Source: an uncultured Candidatus Binatia bacterium (GTDB taxonomy: Bacteria > Desulfobacterota > Binatia > Bin18). Taken from it: 32,000 nucleotides of DNA. The stretch's first letter is position 1; each line of letters begins with the position of its first letter. Below the pieces are notes generated by a model. That model saw nothing but the letters and a program-made list of their open reading frames with translations. It did no database searches and was not told the origin of the DNA. The stretch spans positions 664,717 to 696,716 of the forward strand of contig CBDCPK010000005.1 in NCBI GenBank assembly GCA_965220195.1, read 5' to 3'. The translations under genes and the position numbers were made by a program. Of the stretch, positions 31,756 to 32,000 are shown piece after piece.

Positions 31756-32000
31756 ATGTCCCACCAATCCGATCTGATTGCGACCGATATCGAAGCCTAT
31801 CTCGCCCAGCATGAGCGCAAGGACCTGCTGCGCTTCCTGACCTGCGGCAGCGTGGATGACGGCAAGAGTACCCTGATCGGCCGCCTTCTGTACGACTCCA
31901 AGATGATCTATGAGGATCAGCTTGAGGCGATAAAAAAAGACTCGGTTCGGCATGGCACGACCGACACGGAGTTTGATCCCGCCCTGCTGACCGACGGCCT
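31756..32000 (+). CDS. cysN: Sulfate adenylyltransferase subunit 1 (CysN, GTPase), 3'-truncated by the window edge
   Basis: My own translation from ATG 31756 gives [58 protein letters not shown], with the G1 motif GSVDDGKST. The frame is open to the window end. This ORF is absent from the ORF track because it has no stop. Confidence 0.85.
   Translation, partial: MSHQSDLIATDIEAYLAQHERKDLLRFLTCGSVDDGKSTLIGRLLYDSKMIYEDQLEAIKKDSVRHGTTDTEFDPALLTDG

Noticed and set aside
1-32000. A mobile genetic element, prophage or defence island.
   Set aside because: No integrase, transposase, toxin-antitoxin, restriction or cas-like ORFs and no tRNA attachment sites were seen. Gene content is metabolic or envelope-related, and composition looks uniform apart from short AT-rich intergenic stretches.

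Overview
This is a bacterial chromosomal window from a diderm organism (BamD and an OprO/P-type porin are present), moderately GC-rich. No rRNA, tRNA, CRISPR, transposase, integrase or recognisable defence genes were seen. The dominant theme is phosphate starvation. A minus-strand operon of 8 genes, oprP-pstS-pstC-pstA-pstB-phoU-phoB-phoR (1283-11845), is preceded by a 4-repeat Pho-box array phased at 11 bp. Similar phased arrays ([CT]TGTCA[CT]-like heptamers every 11 bp) lie upstream of four other units: an ACR3 arsenite pump with an orphan receiver; the divergent region next to a 5-gene candidate lipid-remodelling operon; and, twice in tandem, ppk1. The best candidate for an undescribed system is the minus-strand operon at 15061-20418. 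It has a PlcP/LpxH-like metallophosphoesterase and a GT4 glycosyltransferase, which resemble the known PlcP-Agt pair for phosphorus-free lipid synthesis. Between them sit three genes that are not part of that pathway: a membrane-anchored class-III aminotransferase fused to a DUF962/Mpo1-like domain, a PEMT/ICMT-type membrane methyltransferase, and a secreted DUF2147 protein. The right end carries a CysO/CysM-type protein-thiocarboxylate cysteine pathway followed by cysD and cysN. Its E1 appears split into two complementary ThiF-like genes: one keeps the ATP loop but lacks the N-terminal RYxRQ helix, and the other keeps that helix but has a degenerate ATP loop. Two repeat families not explained by genes are present. 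One is a ~55-bp palindromic element in 5 copies, one of them in frame inside a CDS. The other is a ~170-bp tandem duplication of a Pho-box promoter plus a structured ~95-nt segment upstream of ppk1. All functional calls rest on motif recognition by eye. No searches were run.
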